Assembly (NCBI RefSeq): GCF_025869515.1
Contig: NZ_JAOZVR010000055.1
Coordinates: 389 to 64,388 of the forward strand
Origin: Ferrovibrio sp.
GTDB taxonomy: Bacteria; Pseudomonadota; Alphaproteobacteria; Ferrovibrionales; Ferrovibrionaceae
Direction: 5' to 3'
Length of the DNA: 64,000 bases
Each line of letters opens with the position of its first letter. Positions within the stretch are counted from its first letter, which is position 1. A model generated the notes under the pieces. The model did not search any database. It worked only from the letters and a program-made list of their open reading frames with translations, and was not told where the DNA came from. Of this stretch, positions 8,444 through 18,023 are shown piece after piece. Both the position numbers and the translations under genes were made by a program.

Positions 8444-10925
8444 TCTTCGTCAGCACCCTGCGGCTGGCCTCGAAATCGTCCCAGTCGCCGATATGGGCCC
8501 GCGCATCCTTCAGCTTCTTCATGGTAAAGACCGGCAGACGCCTCTGTTTTTCCAGGAAGTCCCAAGTGACTGGCACCGCTATGGGCGCACCGGAGCGGGC
8601 GCGCGGCGACCAGCAGGCCACCGCCGTCGCACTGCGGTCGTTGCGCAGATAATCCACGAAAATCTTGCCCTTGCGCTTGGCCTTGCGCGCCTCGGCGATG
8701 AAATGCTCCGGATCGGCCTGTTCGAAGGCCTGCGCCAGTGCATGGGTGAAGGCCTTGGCCTGTTTCCAGTCGGCCCCTCGTTTGCCCTGGGGTTTCAGCG
8801 GCACCACCACATGGATACCCTTGCCGCCAGTCAGTTTGGGGAAGCTGGCGAGGCCGAGATCAGCAAGCCGGTCACGCATGGCGAAGGCCGCCGTCTTGAG
8901 CCGGCTGAACGGCACGGCCTCGTCGGGGTCGAAGTCGAAGATCAGCTGGTCAGGATGCGCAATGTCCTTCACCGTCGATCCCCAGGGATGCAGTTCCACC
9001 ACGCCCCACTGCGCCATGGCACGCAGGCCTTCGGCGTCGTCGACCACCAGATAGGGTTGCCTGTCGCCTGGCAGCTTCACCTTGCCGATCAGCGCCGAGG
9101 TACCGCGGTTATGATGGCGCTGGAAAAAGGTATCGCCTGCGATGCCGTCCGGCGCCCGGACGATCGAGACCGGGCGATGACCGGCAAAGCGCAGCAACGG
9201 CTCCGCCATACGTGCGTAATAGGCCGCCAGGTCGGCCTTGGTGATGCGTTCCTTCGGCCAGAGCAGCTTGTCCGGGTTGCTCAGCGTCACCTTGCTCTGG
9301 GCGTCTGCAATCTTTGCCTTTGCCACGGCCTTGCCCTCCCCGCGCACGCTGGATGCCGGCTTGTCCTCGCGCAACCCTTTGAAGGCCGCATGCCGCAGCA
9401 GGCCGTCACCGGTCCAGCCGCCATATTCCACCTCGCCGACCAGTCTGGGTTTGACCCAGGTCACATCCGAGGTTTTGTCCGTCTGGGTACCGGTGAAGGG
9501 CGTGCGCGCGGTTTCCAGTTTTTTCAGTGCTTTCGCCAGCATCGCCGCGACGCGACCGTTGAAATCGGTGCCCACCCGGCCGCGATAACGCAGCGCCTTG
9601 CCATCATAGACGCCCATCAGCAGGGCGCCGATGCTTTTGCCTGCAGCCCCCTTACTGTAGCCGCCGATGACGAATTCCTGCCGGCCGCGGCATTTCGTCT
9701 TGATCCAGAGGTCGCTGCGGCCGGAGCGATAAGGCGCATCCAGCTGCTTGGAGACGATGCCTTCCAGCCCCATGCGACAGGACGACAGCCGCAGCGCCTC
9801 GCCCGGCGAAATGAAATGCGGCACGAAACGGATGCGTTTCTGTTGCCTCTCTGCCGGCAGGAACGCCTTCAGGCTTTGCTTGCGCGTCTCAAACGGCTGG
9901 TCGCGCAGGTCTTCGCCTTTGGCCCACAGCAGATCAAAGGCAAAGAAGACCAGGCCGCCGGTATCGCCCTCCTGCAGCGCCGCCTGCAGGGCCGGAAAAT
10001 CCGGCCGGTCGCCCTCGGCCAGCGCGCAGACCTCGCCATCGATGATGCCATCGGGCAGCCGGCGCGCCGCGGCGACAATCTCGGGAAACTTTTCCGTCCA
10101 GTCCAGTCCGCTGCGCGACCAGGCGATCACCCTGCCGCCCTGGATATGCAGCTGGATGCGGTAGCCGTCGAACTTGATCTCATGCGCCCAGCCATCTTCT
10201 TCCGGCGGATGATCCCAGAGTTTGGCCAGTTGCGGCGCGATGAAGCCGGGCATTGCGGTGCCCGCCTTACGACCCGCCGCTTTCTTCTTCGCCGTCTTCC
10301 CGTTGCGCTTCGGTTTGCGCGCCTTGCCGTTACGCCATTCCGGCGCCTCACCCTCGGCGATTTCCGCCAGGCTGCGACCGCTCGCCACCGACTCATCGAG
10401 TGCGGCGATGTCCGCCGCTTTACCGGTACGGACGAAACGATCCTTTTCCTTGATCAGCAGCCAGTTCCTGCCGCTCTTGTTGCGCGGGCCGCGCATCTGC
10501 ACCAGCGCCCAGCGGCCGTGCAGGCGCTCACCCTCCAGTTCGAAGGCGATCTTGCCCTTGCGCAGGGCCTGGCCAGGATCGTCGGTATCCACCGGCTGCC
10601 AGTGGCCGCGATCCCACAGCTGCACCGTGCCGCCGCCATATTCGCCTTCCGGGATGGTACCCTCGAACCGCCCGTAATCGATCGGATGATCTTCCACCTG
10701 CACGGCCAGCCGCTTGTCGGCCGGGTCGAGGCTCGGCCCTTTCGGCACCGCCCAGGATTTCAGGACGCCGTCATGCTCGAGGCGGAAATCGAAATGCAGA
10801 TGGCTGGCATCGTGCTTCTGGATCACGAAACGATGCTGGTTGCGTTTTTGCGCTTTGCCGCGCGGCTCGGCGGTTTTGCTGAAATCGCGTTTGCGGTTGT
10901 AGGTGGCGAGGCGGTGGGATGGCAT
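8418..10925 (-). CDS. ligD: ATP-dependent DNA ligase D with phosphoesterase-ligase-polymerase domain order
   Basis: PE: YNRKRDF...QKHDASHLHFDFRLE; ligase: EIKFDGYR, EGIVSK, WIKTK; POL: LSNPDKLLWP, LTGGKGIHV, FVDYLRN. Confidence 0.97.
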   Translation of the reverse strand: MPSHRLATYNRKRDFSKTAEPRGKAQKRNQHRFVIQKHDASHLHFDFRLEHDGVLKSWAVPKGPSLDPADKRLAVQVEDHPIDYGRFEGTIPEGEYGGGTVQLWDRGHWQPVDTDDPGQALRKGKIAFELEGERLHGRWALVQMRGPRNKSGRNWLLIKEKDRFVRTGKAADIAALDESVASGRSLAEIAEGEAPEWRNGKARKPKRNGKTAKKKAAGRKAGTAMPGFIAPQLAKLWDHPPEEDGWAHEIKFDGYRIQLHIQGGRVIAWSRSGLDWTEKFPEIVAAARRLPDGIIDGEVCALAEGDRPDFPALQAALQEGDTGGLVFFAFDLLWAKGEDLRDQPFETRKQSLKAFLPAERQQKRIRFVPHFISPGEALRLSSCRMGLEGIVSKQLDAPYRSGRSDLWIKTKCRGRQEFVIGGYSKGAAGKSIGALLMGVYDGKALRYRGRVGTDFNGRVAAMLAKALKKLETARTPFTGTQTDKTSDVTWVKPRLVGEVEYGGWTGDGLLRHAAFKGLREDKPASSVRGEGKAVAKAKIADAQSKVTLSNPDKLLWPKERITKADLAAYYARMAEPLLRFAGHRPVSIVRAPDGIAGDTFFQRHHNRGTSALIGKVKLPGDRQPYLVVDDAEGLRAMAQWGVVELHPWGSTVKDIAHPDQLIFDFDPDEAVPFSRLKTAAFAMRDRLADLGLASFPKLTGGKGIHVVVPLKPQGKRGADWKQAKAFTHALAQAFEQADPEHFIAEARKAKRKGKIFVDYLRNDRSATAVACWSPRARSGAPIAVPVTWDFLEKQRRLPVFTMKKLKDARAHIGDWDDFEASRRVLTKTMLRRAGV

Positions 10926-10933
10926 ATCGGCCT

Positions 10934-10983
10934 AACCCTCCATGCAAGGCTAAGTTCCGGAACAATACACGTCGCAGGCCATT
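10934..10983. promoter_or_regulatory. Back-to-back sigma-EcfG-type promoters sharing the palindrome GTTCCGGAAC
   Basis: Minus: GGAAC (10958-10954), N16, GGTT (10937-10934) toward ligD. Plus: GGAAC (10959-10963), N16, CATT (10980-10983) toward the SDR gene. Confidence 0.72.
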
Positions 10984-11016
10984 GAGTCCGCTGCCCAGTT
11001 CGTTCAGGAGGCCATC

Positions 11017-11883
11017 ATGACCAACACTGCCCGTCGCCCCAAAGACCTGCCCCCGCAGCACCAGGACAGCCAGCCCGGCAGTGAAGGCGCCATGACGCCC
11101 GAACCGCAATCCTTCATGCGGCGCTATAAACCCGCCGGCAAGCTTGTCGGCAGGGTTGCCGTAGTGTCCGGCGGCGACAGCGGCATCGGCCGCGCCGTTG
11201 CCATCGGCTTCGCCAAGGAAGGCGCCGATATCGCCATCCTCTACCTGGATGAGCATGAAGATGCGAAGACCACGAAGATTGCAGTGGAATCAGAAGGTCG
11301 ACGCTGCCTGCTGTTCTGCGGCGACATCGCCGATCGCGATTTCATCAACCGCAGCGTGGAGGAGATCGCCGCCAGCTTCGGTCATATCGACATCCTGGTG
11401 AACAATGCCGGTGAGCAGCATGTCGAAACCGATTTCGCCGTGATCGATCCGGGGCAATGGGAACGCACCTTCCGCACCAATCTCTTCGGCAGTTTTCACC
11501 TGACCCAGGCGGTGCTGCCGCACCTGAAGAAAGGTGCGGCGATCATTAACACCACCTCGATCACCGCCTTCCGCGGCCAGCCGACGCTGATTGATTATTC
11601 CGCGACCAAGGGTGCGATGCTGGCCTTCACCCGCTCGCTCGCCATGTCGCTGGTGAAACAGGGCATTCGGGTCAATGCCGTGGCGCCGGGCCCGATCTGG
11701 ACGCCGCTGATTCCAGCCAGCTTCCCGGCCGAACATGTCGCGGAGTTCGGCAAGGAGGTCCCGATGCAGCGGCCCGGGCAGCCCGATGAGGTGGCGCCGG
11801 CCTACATCTTCCTGGCGTCGGACGACGCCAGCTACATGAGCGGACAGACGCTGCATGTGAATGGCGGCGTGATCCTGGTCTAG
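11017..11883 (+). CDS. SDR oxidoreductase, general-stress YghA/YdaD-like
   Basis: SGGDSGIGRAVA, NNAGEQH, LIDYSATKGA (YxxxK), GPIWTPLIP, GQPDEVAP; AGGAGG SD. Confidence 0.93.
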   Translation: MTNTARRPKDLPPQHQDSQPGSEGAMTPEPQSFMRRYKPAGKLVGRVAVVSGGDSGIGRAVAIGFAKEGADIAILYLDEHEDAKTTKIAVESEGRRCLLFCGDIADRDFINRSVEEIAASFGHIDILVNNAGEQHVETDFAVIDPGQWERTFRTNLFGSFHLTQAVLPHLKKGAAIINTTSITAFRGQPTLIDYSATKGAMLAFTRSLAMSLVKQGIRVNAVAPGPIWTPLIPASFPAEHVAEFGKEVPMQRPGQPDEVAPAYIFLASDDASYMSGQTLHVNGGVILV

Positions 11884-13100
11884 ATCACGCCCTTGCCGCG
11901 CAGCTCGGCCAGTTTCGCCGCATCGAAACCAAGCTGCTCCGCCAGCACCTCGTCGGTATGTTCGCCGAGCAGCGGCGGGCCGCGGTCGTAGGCCACCGCC
12001 GAGTCCGACAGGCGCAGCGGGCTCGCCACGCTGGGCAGGCTGCCCTGCTGGCCGTGCGGCACGGTCTGCCGCAGGCCGCGGGCCTGCACATGCGGGTCGG
12101 CGAAAACGCGGTCGATGGTGTTGATCGGCCCGCAGGGCACCTGGCGCTTCTCCAGTGCCGCGATCAGGTCGTCCATAGTCCGCTTGCGGGTTTCCGCTTC
12201 GATGGCGCCGACCACCAGCGCGCGATTGTGCAGTCGCTCGATATTGGTGGCGAAACGCGGATCGGTCTTCCATTCCGGATGGCCGAGCTCGTCGGCCAGC
12301 TTGGCGAACTGGCCGTCATTGCCGACCGCGATGATCACATGGCCGTCGGCGGTCGGGAAGCTCTGGTAGGGCACGATGGCGGCATGGCCGTTGCCCATGC
12401 GCACCGGCGCTTCGCCGCCGATGAGATAATAGGTCGCCTGGTTGGCCAGCGCCGCCACCTGCACATCCAGCAGCGCCATGTCGATATACTGGCCGCGGCC
12501 CGAGCGATGCCGCTGGTTCAGCGCACCGAGGATGGCGATGGTCGAATACAGACCGGTCATCACATCGGCCAGCGCCACGCCGGCCTTCTGCGGTCCGCCG
12601 CCGGGCAGGTCGTCCCGCTCACCGGTCACGCTCATCAACCCGCCCATGCCCTGGATGATAAAGTCGTAGCCGGCGCGCGGCGCATAAGGCCCGGTCTGGC
12701 CGAAGCCGGTGATCGAGCAGTAGACCAGGCGCGGATTGAGCTTCGACAGGCTGTCGTAATCCAGCCCGTATTTTTTCAGCCCGCCGAGCTTATAATTCTC
12801 CACCACGACATCGGCCTTCGCGGCGAGGTCGCGCAGGATCTGCTGGCCTTCCGGCGTCGCCATGTCGACGGTGACCGAGCGCTTGCCGCGATTGGCGGCC
12901 AGGTAATAGGCGGAATCGGCGCGCGCACCGGTTTCGGGGTCCTTCAGATAGACCGGACCCCATTTGCGCGTGTCGTCGCCCTCGCCCGGCTTTTCCACCT
13001 TGATGACGGTGGCGCCGAGATCGGCCAGGTTCTGGGTGCACCAGGGCCCGGCCAAAACACGGCTGAGATCGAGCACAACGATATCGTCGAGCGCGCGCAT
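11880..13100 (-). CDS. CaiB/BaiF family III CoA-transferase
   Basis: DLSRVLAGPWCTQNLADLGA.VIKVE.PG.GDDTR...NRGKRS...ENYK...PGYDF/AGYDF...D.MTG. Confidence 0.93.
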   Translation of the reverse strand: MRALDDIVVLDLSRVLAGPWCTQNLADLGATVIKVEKPGEGDDTRKWGPVYLKDPETGARADSAYYLAANRGKRSVTVDMATPEGQQILRDLAAKADVVVENYKLGGLKKYGLDYDSLSKLNPRLVYCSITGFGQTGPYAPRAGYDFIIQGMGGLMSVTGERDDLPGGGPQKAGVALADVMTGLYSTIAILGALNQRHRSGRGQYIDMALLDVQVAALANQATYYLIGGEAPVRMGNGHAAIVPYQSFPTADGHVIIAVGNDGQFAKLADELGHPEWKTDPRFATNIERLHNRALVVGAIEAETRKRTMDDLIAALEKRQVPCGPINTIDRVFADPHVQARGLRQTVPHGQQGSLPSVASPLRLSDSAVAYDRGPPLLGEHTDEVLAEQLGFDAAKLAELRGKGVI

Positions 13101-13133
13101 CCCGGCGCCTCCGCCTTGCTGTTAGTGGAAGGC

Positions 13134-14327
13134 TTAGTAGAAAGCCTGAATGCCGGTCATGGCGCGGCCGAGGATCAGCGCATGGACGTCATGCGTGCCC
13201 TCGTAGGTGTTCACCGTCTCCAGATTCACCAGATGGCGCATCACATGATAATCCTCATGGATGCCGTTGCCGCCGTGCATGTCGCGCGCCATGCGGGCGA
13301 TATCCAGCGCCTTGCCGCAATTGTTGCGCTTGATCAGCGAGATCATCTCCGGAGTTTCCTGGCCGGCATCGCGCAGGCGGCCGACACGCAGCGCGGCATT
13401 GAGGCCGAGCGCGATTTCCGTCTGCATGTTGGCCAGCTTGAGCTGGATGATCTGGTTGGCGGCCAGCGGGCGATTGAACTGCTTGCGGTCCAGCACATAC
13501 TGACGCGCCTGGTGCCAGCAGGCCTCCGCCGCACCCATGGCGCCCCAGGCGATGCCGTAGCGCGCGCTGTTCAGGCAGCCGAACGGACCCTTCAGGCCCT
13601 GCACATTCGGCAGCAGGTTCTCATCCGGCACGAACACGGTGTCCATGACGATTTCGCCGGTGATCGAGGCGCGCAAGCTGAGCTTGCCGTTGATCTTCGG
13701 CGCCGACAGGCCCTTCATGCCCTTTTCCAGGATGAAGCCGCGGATGATGCCGTCTTCGGTCTTGGCCCAGACGACGAAGACCTGCGCCAGCGGCGAATTG
13801 GAAATCCACATCTTGGCGCCGGTCACTTCATAGCCGCCGGCCACCTTCTTGGCGCGGGTCTTCATGCCGCCCGGATCGGAGCCGTGATCGGGCTCGGTCA
13901 GGCCGAAACAGCCGATCCATTCGCCGCTCGCCAGCTTGGGCAGGTACTTCTCGCGCTGAGCTTCCGAGCCATAGGCATAGATCGGATACATCACCAGGCT
14001 GGACTGCACGCTCATCATCGAGCGATAGCCGGAATCGACGGCCTCGACCTCGCGGGCGACCAGGCCATAGGCCACGTAAGACGCGCCGGCGCAGCCGTAA
14101 CCCTCGATCATCGAACCGAGCAGGCCGAGTTCGCCCATCTCGCGGAAGATCATCGGATCGGTCTTTTCCTCGCGGAAGGCTTCCTTCACGCGCGGCATCA
14201 GCTTGTGCTGGCAGTATTCGCGGGCGCTGTCGCGGATCAGGCGCTCGTCCTCGGTCAGTTCGGCTTCGAGGTTGAACGGATCTTCCCACTTGAAGACGGC
14301 TTTGGTGGCGGGGCTCTGCACGTTCAT
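13134..14327 (-). CDS. gcdH: Glutaryl-CoA dehydrogenase
   Basis: FKWEDPFNL...[12 protein letters not shown]...[13 protein letters not shown]...[22 protein letters not shown]. Start placed at MNVQ (14327). Confidence 0.93.
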   Translation of the reverse strand: MNVQSPATKAVFKWEDPFNLEAELTEDERLIRDSAREYCQHKLMPRVKEAFREEKTDPMIFREMGELGLLGSMIEGYGCAGASYVAYGLVAREVEAVDSGYRSMMSVQSSLVMYPIYAYGSEAQREKYLPKLASGEWIGCFGLTEPDHGSDPGGMKTRAKKVAGGYEVTGAKMWISNSPLAQVFVVWAKTEDGIIRGFILEKGMKGLSAPKINGKLSLRASITGEIVMDTVFVPDENLLPNVQGLKGPFGCLNSARYGIAWGAMGAAEACWHQARQYVLDRKQFNRPLAANQIIQLKLANMQTEIALGLNAALRVGRLRDAGQETPEMISLIKRNNCGKALDIARMARDMHGGNGIHEDYHVMRHLVNLETVNTYEGTHDVHALILGRAMTGIQAFY

Positions 14328-14431
14328 GGCGATTCCTCGGACTGCGTGTTTTGAGAGGAGAGTATACCCCTCGGCTGGGCCGGCAAGCTGCCCGAGGGAC
14401 GCTTGGCACGCAAACGATGATTTGCTATTGG

Positions 14432-14452
14432 TTGATAACTGGAGATTATCAA
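14432..14452. promoter_or_regulatory. LysR recognition box TTGATAA-N7-TTATCAA containing T-N11-A
   Basis: Perfect inverted repeat 4 bp before the LysR ATG, divergent to gcdH. Confidence 0.8.
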
Positions 14453-14456
14453 TTTT

Positions 14457-15365
14457 ATGGCTCTTCCCCGCCGTTTTCTGCCGCCGCTTTCCGCGCTGAC
14501 CGCCTTCGAGGCGGCGGCCCGGCATGAAAGCTTCACCGCGGCCGCCAGCGAACTCAATGTCAGCCAGGCCGCGGTCAGCCGCAGGGTGCAGCTGCTGGAG
14601 GAATTGCTGGGCCTCACGCTGTTCGAACGCATCCGCCAGCGCGTGGTGCTGACGCCTGCCGGTGCAGGTTACGCCAGAGAATTACAAGACGCGCTGGGGC
14701 GTATCGGCGCCGCCACCGTCAACACCATGGCGGCGCGCAGCGGCAATGCCATCCTCACCGTGGCGACGCTGCCCACTTTCGGCACGCGCTGGCTGATCCC
14801 ACGCCTGCCCGCTTTCGCGGAGGCGCATCCGCAGATCACGGTGAACCTGCCGACGCGGATCGAGACGTTCGATTTCGCCGCCGAGCCGCTGGATGCGGCG
14901 ATCTCGTTTGGCGATCCGGTCTGGCCCGGCGCCGTGGTCGACCGCCTGATCGAGGAAGAGCTGGTGCCGGTGGTATCGAAAAAACTGCTGGCCAGGCATC
15001 GCATCCGCAAACCGGAAGACCTGTTCAAACTGCCGCTGCTGCAGCAATCGACGCGGCAATCGGCCTGGGCCGACTGGTTCGCCGCCGTGAATGTCGCCGC
15101 CCCGGCGGTGCCGCTCGGGCCGCGCTACGGCCAGTTCGCCATGGTGGTGCAGGCCGCCGTGGTCGGCCTGGGCGCCGCCATCGTGCCGCGCTTCCTGGTC
15201 GAACCGGAACTGAAGGACGGTAGCCTGGTGGTGCCGTTCGAGCAGAGCATCGGCAGCAAGCAGGCCTACTGTCTGTTCTACCCGGAAGCGCGCCGCAACG
15301 ATCCGGCGCTCCGCGCCTTCCGCGACTGGCTGCTGGATGCGGTGAAACAGGCGCCCAAGCGATAG
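14457..15365 (+). CDS. LysR-family regulator (GcvA-like), probable GcdR
   Basis: [29 protein letters not shown]; divergent to gcdH. Confidence 0.92.
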   Translation: MALPRRFLPPLSALTAFEAAARHESFTAAASELNVSQAAVSRRVQLLEELLGLTLFERIRQRVVLTPAGAGYARELQDALGRIGAATVNTMAARSGNAILTVATLPTFGTRWLIPRLPAFAEAHPQITVNLPTRIETFDFAAEPLDAAISFGDPVWPGAVVDRLIEEELVPVVSKKLLARHRIRKPEDLFKLPLLQQSTRQSAWADWFAAVNVAAPAVPLGPRYGQFAMVVQAAVVGLGAAIVPRFLVEPELKDGSLVVPFEQSIGSKQAYCLFYPEARRNDPALRAFRDWLLDAVKQAPKR

Positions 15366-15446
15366 CAGCCTGTCAAACGCTAACGCTCGCAGTCCTTCGT
15401 TCTGCACCTCGCACCCCATAACCATCATCCTCGACGCCCCATAAAC

Positions 15447-15564
15447 CGTCATCCTCGGGCCCAAGGAATGCTTCTTGGCCAAGGATCCATCTGCCCAAGC
15501 CAACATGCACCGGCCGATACGCGTAGGGTTGGGATGGACCCTCGGAATAAATCCGAGGGTGACG
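15447..15564. repeat. Inverted doublet of CGTC-tagged REP-like hairpins
   Basis: Plus copy CGTCATCCTCGG...CCAAGGATCCATC (15447-15491); minus copy reads CGTCACCCTCGGATTTATTCCGAGGGTCCATC (15533-15564). Confidence 0.8.
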
Positions 15565-15620
15565 ATGGGAGGGATAGCGTATCCAGCAGTGATATCACCG
15601 ATATCAAAACGCCCTTCTGA

Positions 15621-15735
15621 GTCCCATTCCGGTCCATTCCGATACGGGTCCGTCCCATTCGATGCCGAATGCGTCCCATTCAGTGCTGTAAGAGTCCCAT
15701 TGCGTGCTGAAAGCGTCCCATTGCGTGCTGAATCG
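15621..15735. repeat. Degenerate tandem array with 21-bp period and a GTCCCATT core
   Basis: CCATT starts at 15624, 15634, 15655, 15676, 15697, 15718; the last two units are nearly identical. Confidence 0.85.
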
Positions 15736-15820
15736 TGACGAGCGGGATCAGGCCGCTCTGCCGACGGCGCATACAAAGATATTCACGATGTCGACTGTGG
15801 CGCACTGCGCAAATCGCAGC

Positions 15821-15850
15821 TTGACATTAAGAACATATACAGTACACAAT
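15821..15850 (+). promoter_or_regulatory. Sigma70-like promoter with a LexA-like GAAC-N7-GTAC in the spacer
   Basis: TTGACA 15821-15826; weak -10 CACAAT 15845-15850 (18-bp spacer); GAAC 15831-15834 and GTAC 15842-15845. Confidence 0.45.
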
Positions 15851-15903
15851 ACTAGGATTAAAATCAATTCATTTTATCCATTGCCATTTCCCGGAGCCAC
15901 CCG

Positions 15904-17319
15904 ATGAGCACCTTACTGCTCCCGAACGACAACGACCCCTTCGACTTCTCCGGCTCCGTCGGCCGCAACGGCGACAACGACCGCGCCGATGTAATCAAGG
16001 CGCAGATGCTGCTGTCGTCGATGGGCGAATATGACCTGCCCGCACCGGGCTTGCCGACCGGCTGGGCCGGCGAGCCGCTGTTCCGCGCCATCGGAAAGGT
16101 GCAGAAGGCCAATGGCCTGCCGGTCGATGGCCTGCTGCTGCCGCTGCGCGACGGCAGAGTCGGCGAGAATGGCGAAGGCGAGACGCTGATGAGCCTGCAG
16201 GACCTGCTGGGTGAGCGCCTGCGCGGCCAGCCGATCCCGACGCCGCCGCAGGTCGACAGTTTTTTCGAGACTTACGCCCGCGATCCCGATACGCCGCCGC
16301 CTTATCGCACGATGGAGAAACGCGACAGCGACCCAACCCCTCCGCCGCGAACCAAGGAGGTGCGCGGGCCGCAGCCGGAACCGCGTATCCAGCTGCTGAA
16401 TGCGAGCATGACCGACGAAGCACCGGCATCGCCACCTGCCGCAGGCGAGCAGACAGCCGCGCTGCCCGCCGCACTTATCCCAGCGCTGCCGTACTTGCTG
16501 GGAACGGGCGCGCTGGCCTTAGGCGCAGGAGAATATGCGCGGCGTCAGTATGAGAAGGGCAGCGCCGAGACCATTACTCCTCCGCCTTCACGCCCGCTTG
16601 GCGATACGGAAAAAGAGCAAGTGACCGCTCCGCCGTCGCAGTCGCCTGCAATTGACGCATCGCTGCAAGGCCGACCGGCGGCAGACAAACTACCCGATAA
16701 CGAACGCCTGATCCCGCCCGAGACGAAAGACTGGATTTCAGGTTTGCCGCCGGCACAGCAGCCAGTGGCGGAGGGGCTGGCCGGGATTATCGTCGAGCTC
16801 AATCCGCATGGCAGCCGCGGCAAACCGGAAACCGAGAAGGCCAACCGCATCATGGTGCGGACCTGCCTGGAAGAATTGCAGGCCTATCCGGATCTGGCAG
16901 GTCGTTTGGAACACGTTGCGGGTGCGAGCCTGAGGGGCGACGAAGAAGGGAAATATATGAAAGAAGAAGTCATCCGGGCCAGTGAGGGCAAAACATTCAG
17001 CCGCCCAGATAGTACTTTCGGAAGATTCGACGCAGAGAAAAAGGTCGATCAGGCCTCCCCGTACACGGCCCGCATGAATACGGTCGATATCAAGAAAACC
17101 GGCGACGAGCATGATCAGTCGGGCCTGACCGCCAACGAGGGCCGACGCTTCGATAAACTGGAAACCAACATCAAAGTTGGCGTTGCCGGCTGGGCCCGCA
17201 AGATGAAGCCCGGTGAGAGCGAGGCGCAATATGCAGACTATGTTGCGTCACGCTGCCGTGCGATGTGGGATGATCTGGATGGCAAACTGCGGCGGGATGG
17301 CCTGCTACAAAACAGGTGA
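15904..17319 (+). CDS. Peptidoglycan-binding-like N-terminal domain plus unknown C-terminal domain; candidate toxin
   Basis: SVGRNGDNDRADVIKAQMLL...AIGKVQKANGLPVDG; Pro-rich linkers; one hydrophobic segment; C-terminal E...SRPD...NTVD...T..E. Confidence 0.6.
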   Translation: MSTLLLPNDNDPFDFSGSVGRNGDNDRADVIKAQMLLSSMGEYDLPAPGLPTGWAGEPLFRAIGKVQKANGLPVDGLLLPLRDGRVGENGEGETLMSLQDLLGERLRGQPIPTPPQVDSFFETYARDPDTPPPYRTMEKRDSDPTPPPRTKEVRGPQPEPRIQLLNASMTDEAPASPPAAGEQTAALPAALIPALPYLLGTGALALGAGEYARRQYEKGSAETITPPPSRPLGDTEKEQVTAPPSQSPAIDASLQGRPAADKLPDNERLIPPETKDWISGLPPAQQPVAEGLAGIIVELNPHGSRGKPETEKANRIMVRTCLEELQAYPDLAGRLEHVAGASLRGDEEGKYMKEEVIRASEGKTFSRPDSTFGRFDAEKKVDQASPYTARMNTVDIKKTGDEHDQSGLTANEGRRFDKLETNIKVGVAGWARKMKPGESEAQYADYVASRCRAMWDDLDGKLRRDGLLQNR

Positions 17320-18021
17320 GTGGTCATGCGTAAATTGAAAATCGACCAACCCGAGATCGTGAAAGTCGAGCCATTGGTGCGACCCAGCATGCTCAGCCGG
17401 TATGTCTGCCTGAGTCCGGTGGACTGGAAGCTGTTTGCAACGGCGCTGGTCGAGGCGTTTCCGGATGCACTTTACAACCGTCATTTGACCATCGAAGAAA
17501 TAAGAGGGGCCGAACAGCCGGAAGTTCGTCTTGAGCGAACCCCCTGGCATCCCGACCTGACATATCCGATTGAAGTGCATTTTGATCCGGCAACCCAGCT
17601 TAATCTGAAAAAAGGCGTTGGCTGGCTTATCACCGTCAGAGGACAGTCTTGGCCCCAGATTTTCTTGGGAGGACCTGTCGATCCTAAACCAGCCGATGCG
17701 AATGGACCCGAGCATTTCGGTGAAGGACAGATCGAGATTCATACAGCGCCACATCACAAGGGCCACGCTCGCTTCGCACGGCAGATCTACCGTCTGCTGG
17801 CGCAATTCACCACCAACGAGCGGCAGATCCGCGTGCGCTACCCGCATTACGACGTGATGCCTGAGCCACCAGGGCCGCCACTGTTCGGACTCTGGATCGG
17901 GCATGATGCATTGCGCTGGGCGCGCGAGGATCCGAAGCGGTTGCTGGCATATGAACGATCGTCGATGTCAACGCGCACGCCGGATAACCTAGGGTACGGT
18001 TATCGGCCGAAGGGCCCATAA
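17320..18021 (+). CDS. Hypothetical protein, candidate immunity protein
   Basis: Abuts the upstream stop (GTG 17320 or ATG 17326); atypical codon use; no recognisable family. Confidence 0.55.
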   Translation: MVMRKLKIDQPEIVKVEPLVRPSMLSRYVCLSPVDWKLFATALVEAFPDALYNRHLTIEEIRGAEQPEVRLERTPWHPDLTYPIEVHFDPATQLNLKKGVGWLITVRGQSWPQIFLGGPVDPKPADANGPEHFGEGQIEIHTAPHHKGHARFARQIYRLLAQFTTNERQIRVRYPHYDVMPEPPGPPLFGLWIGHDALRWAREDPKRLLAYERSSMSTRTPDNLGYGYRPKGP

Positions 18022-18023
18022 AA

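Noticed and set aside
15621-15735. 21-bp array (and the 17-bp triplication at 26929) as a CRISPR array
   Set aside because: Periods are far too short, there are no unique 25-40 bp spacers, and no cas genes are present.
14682-15776. 364-aa minus ORF starting with SARNGTL heptads
   Set aside because: It runs through REP hairpins and antisense across the LysR gene; only the repeat itself is reported.
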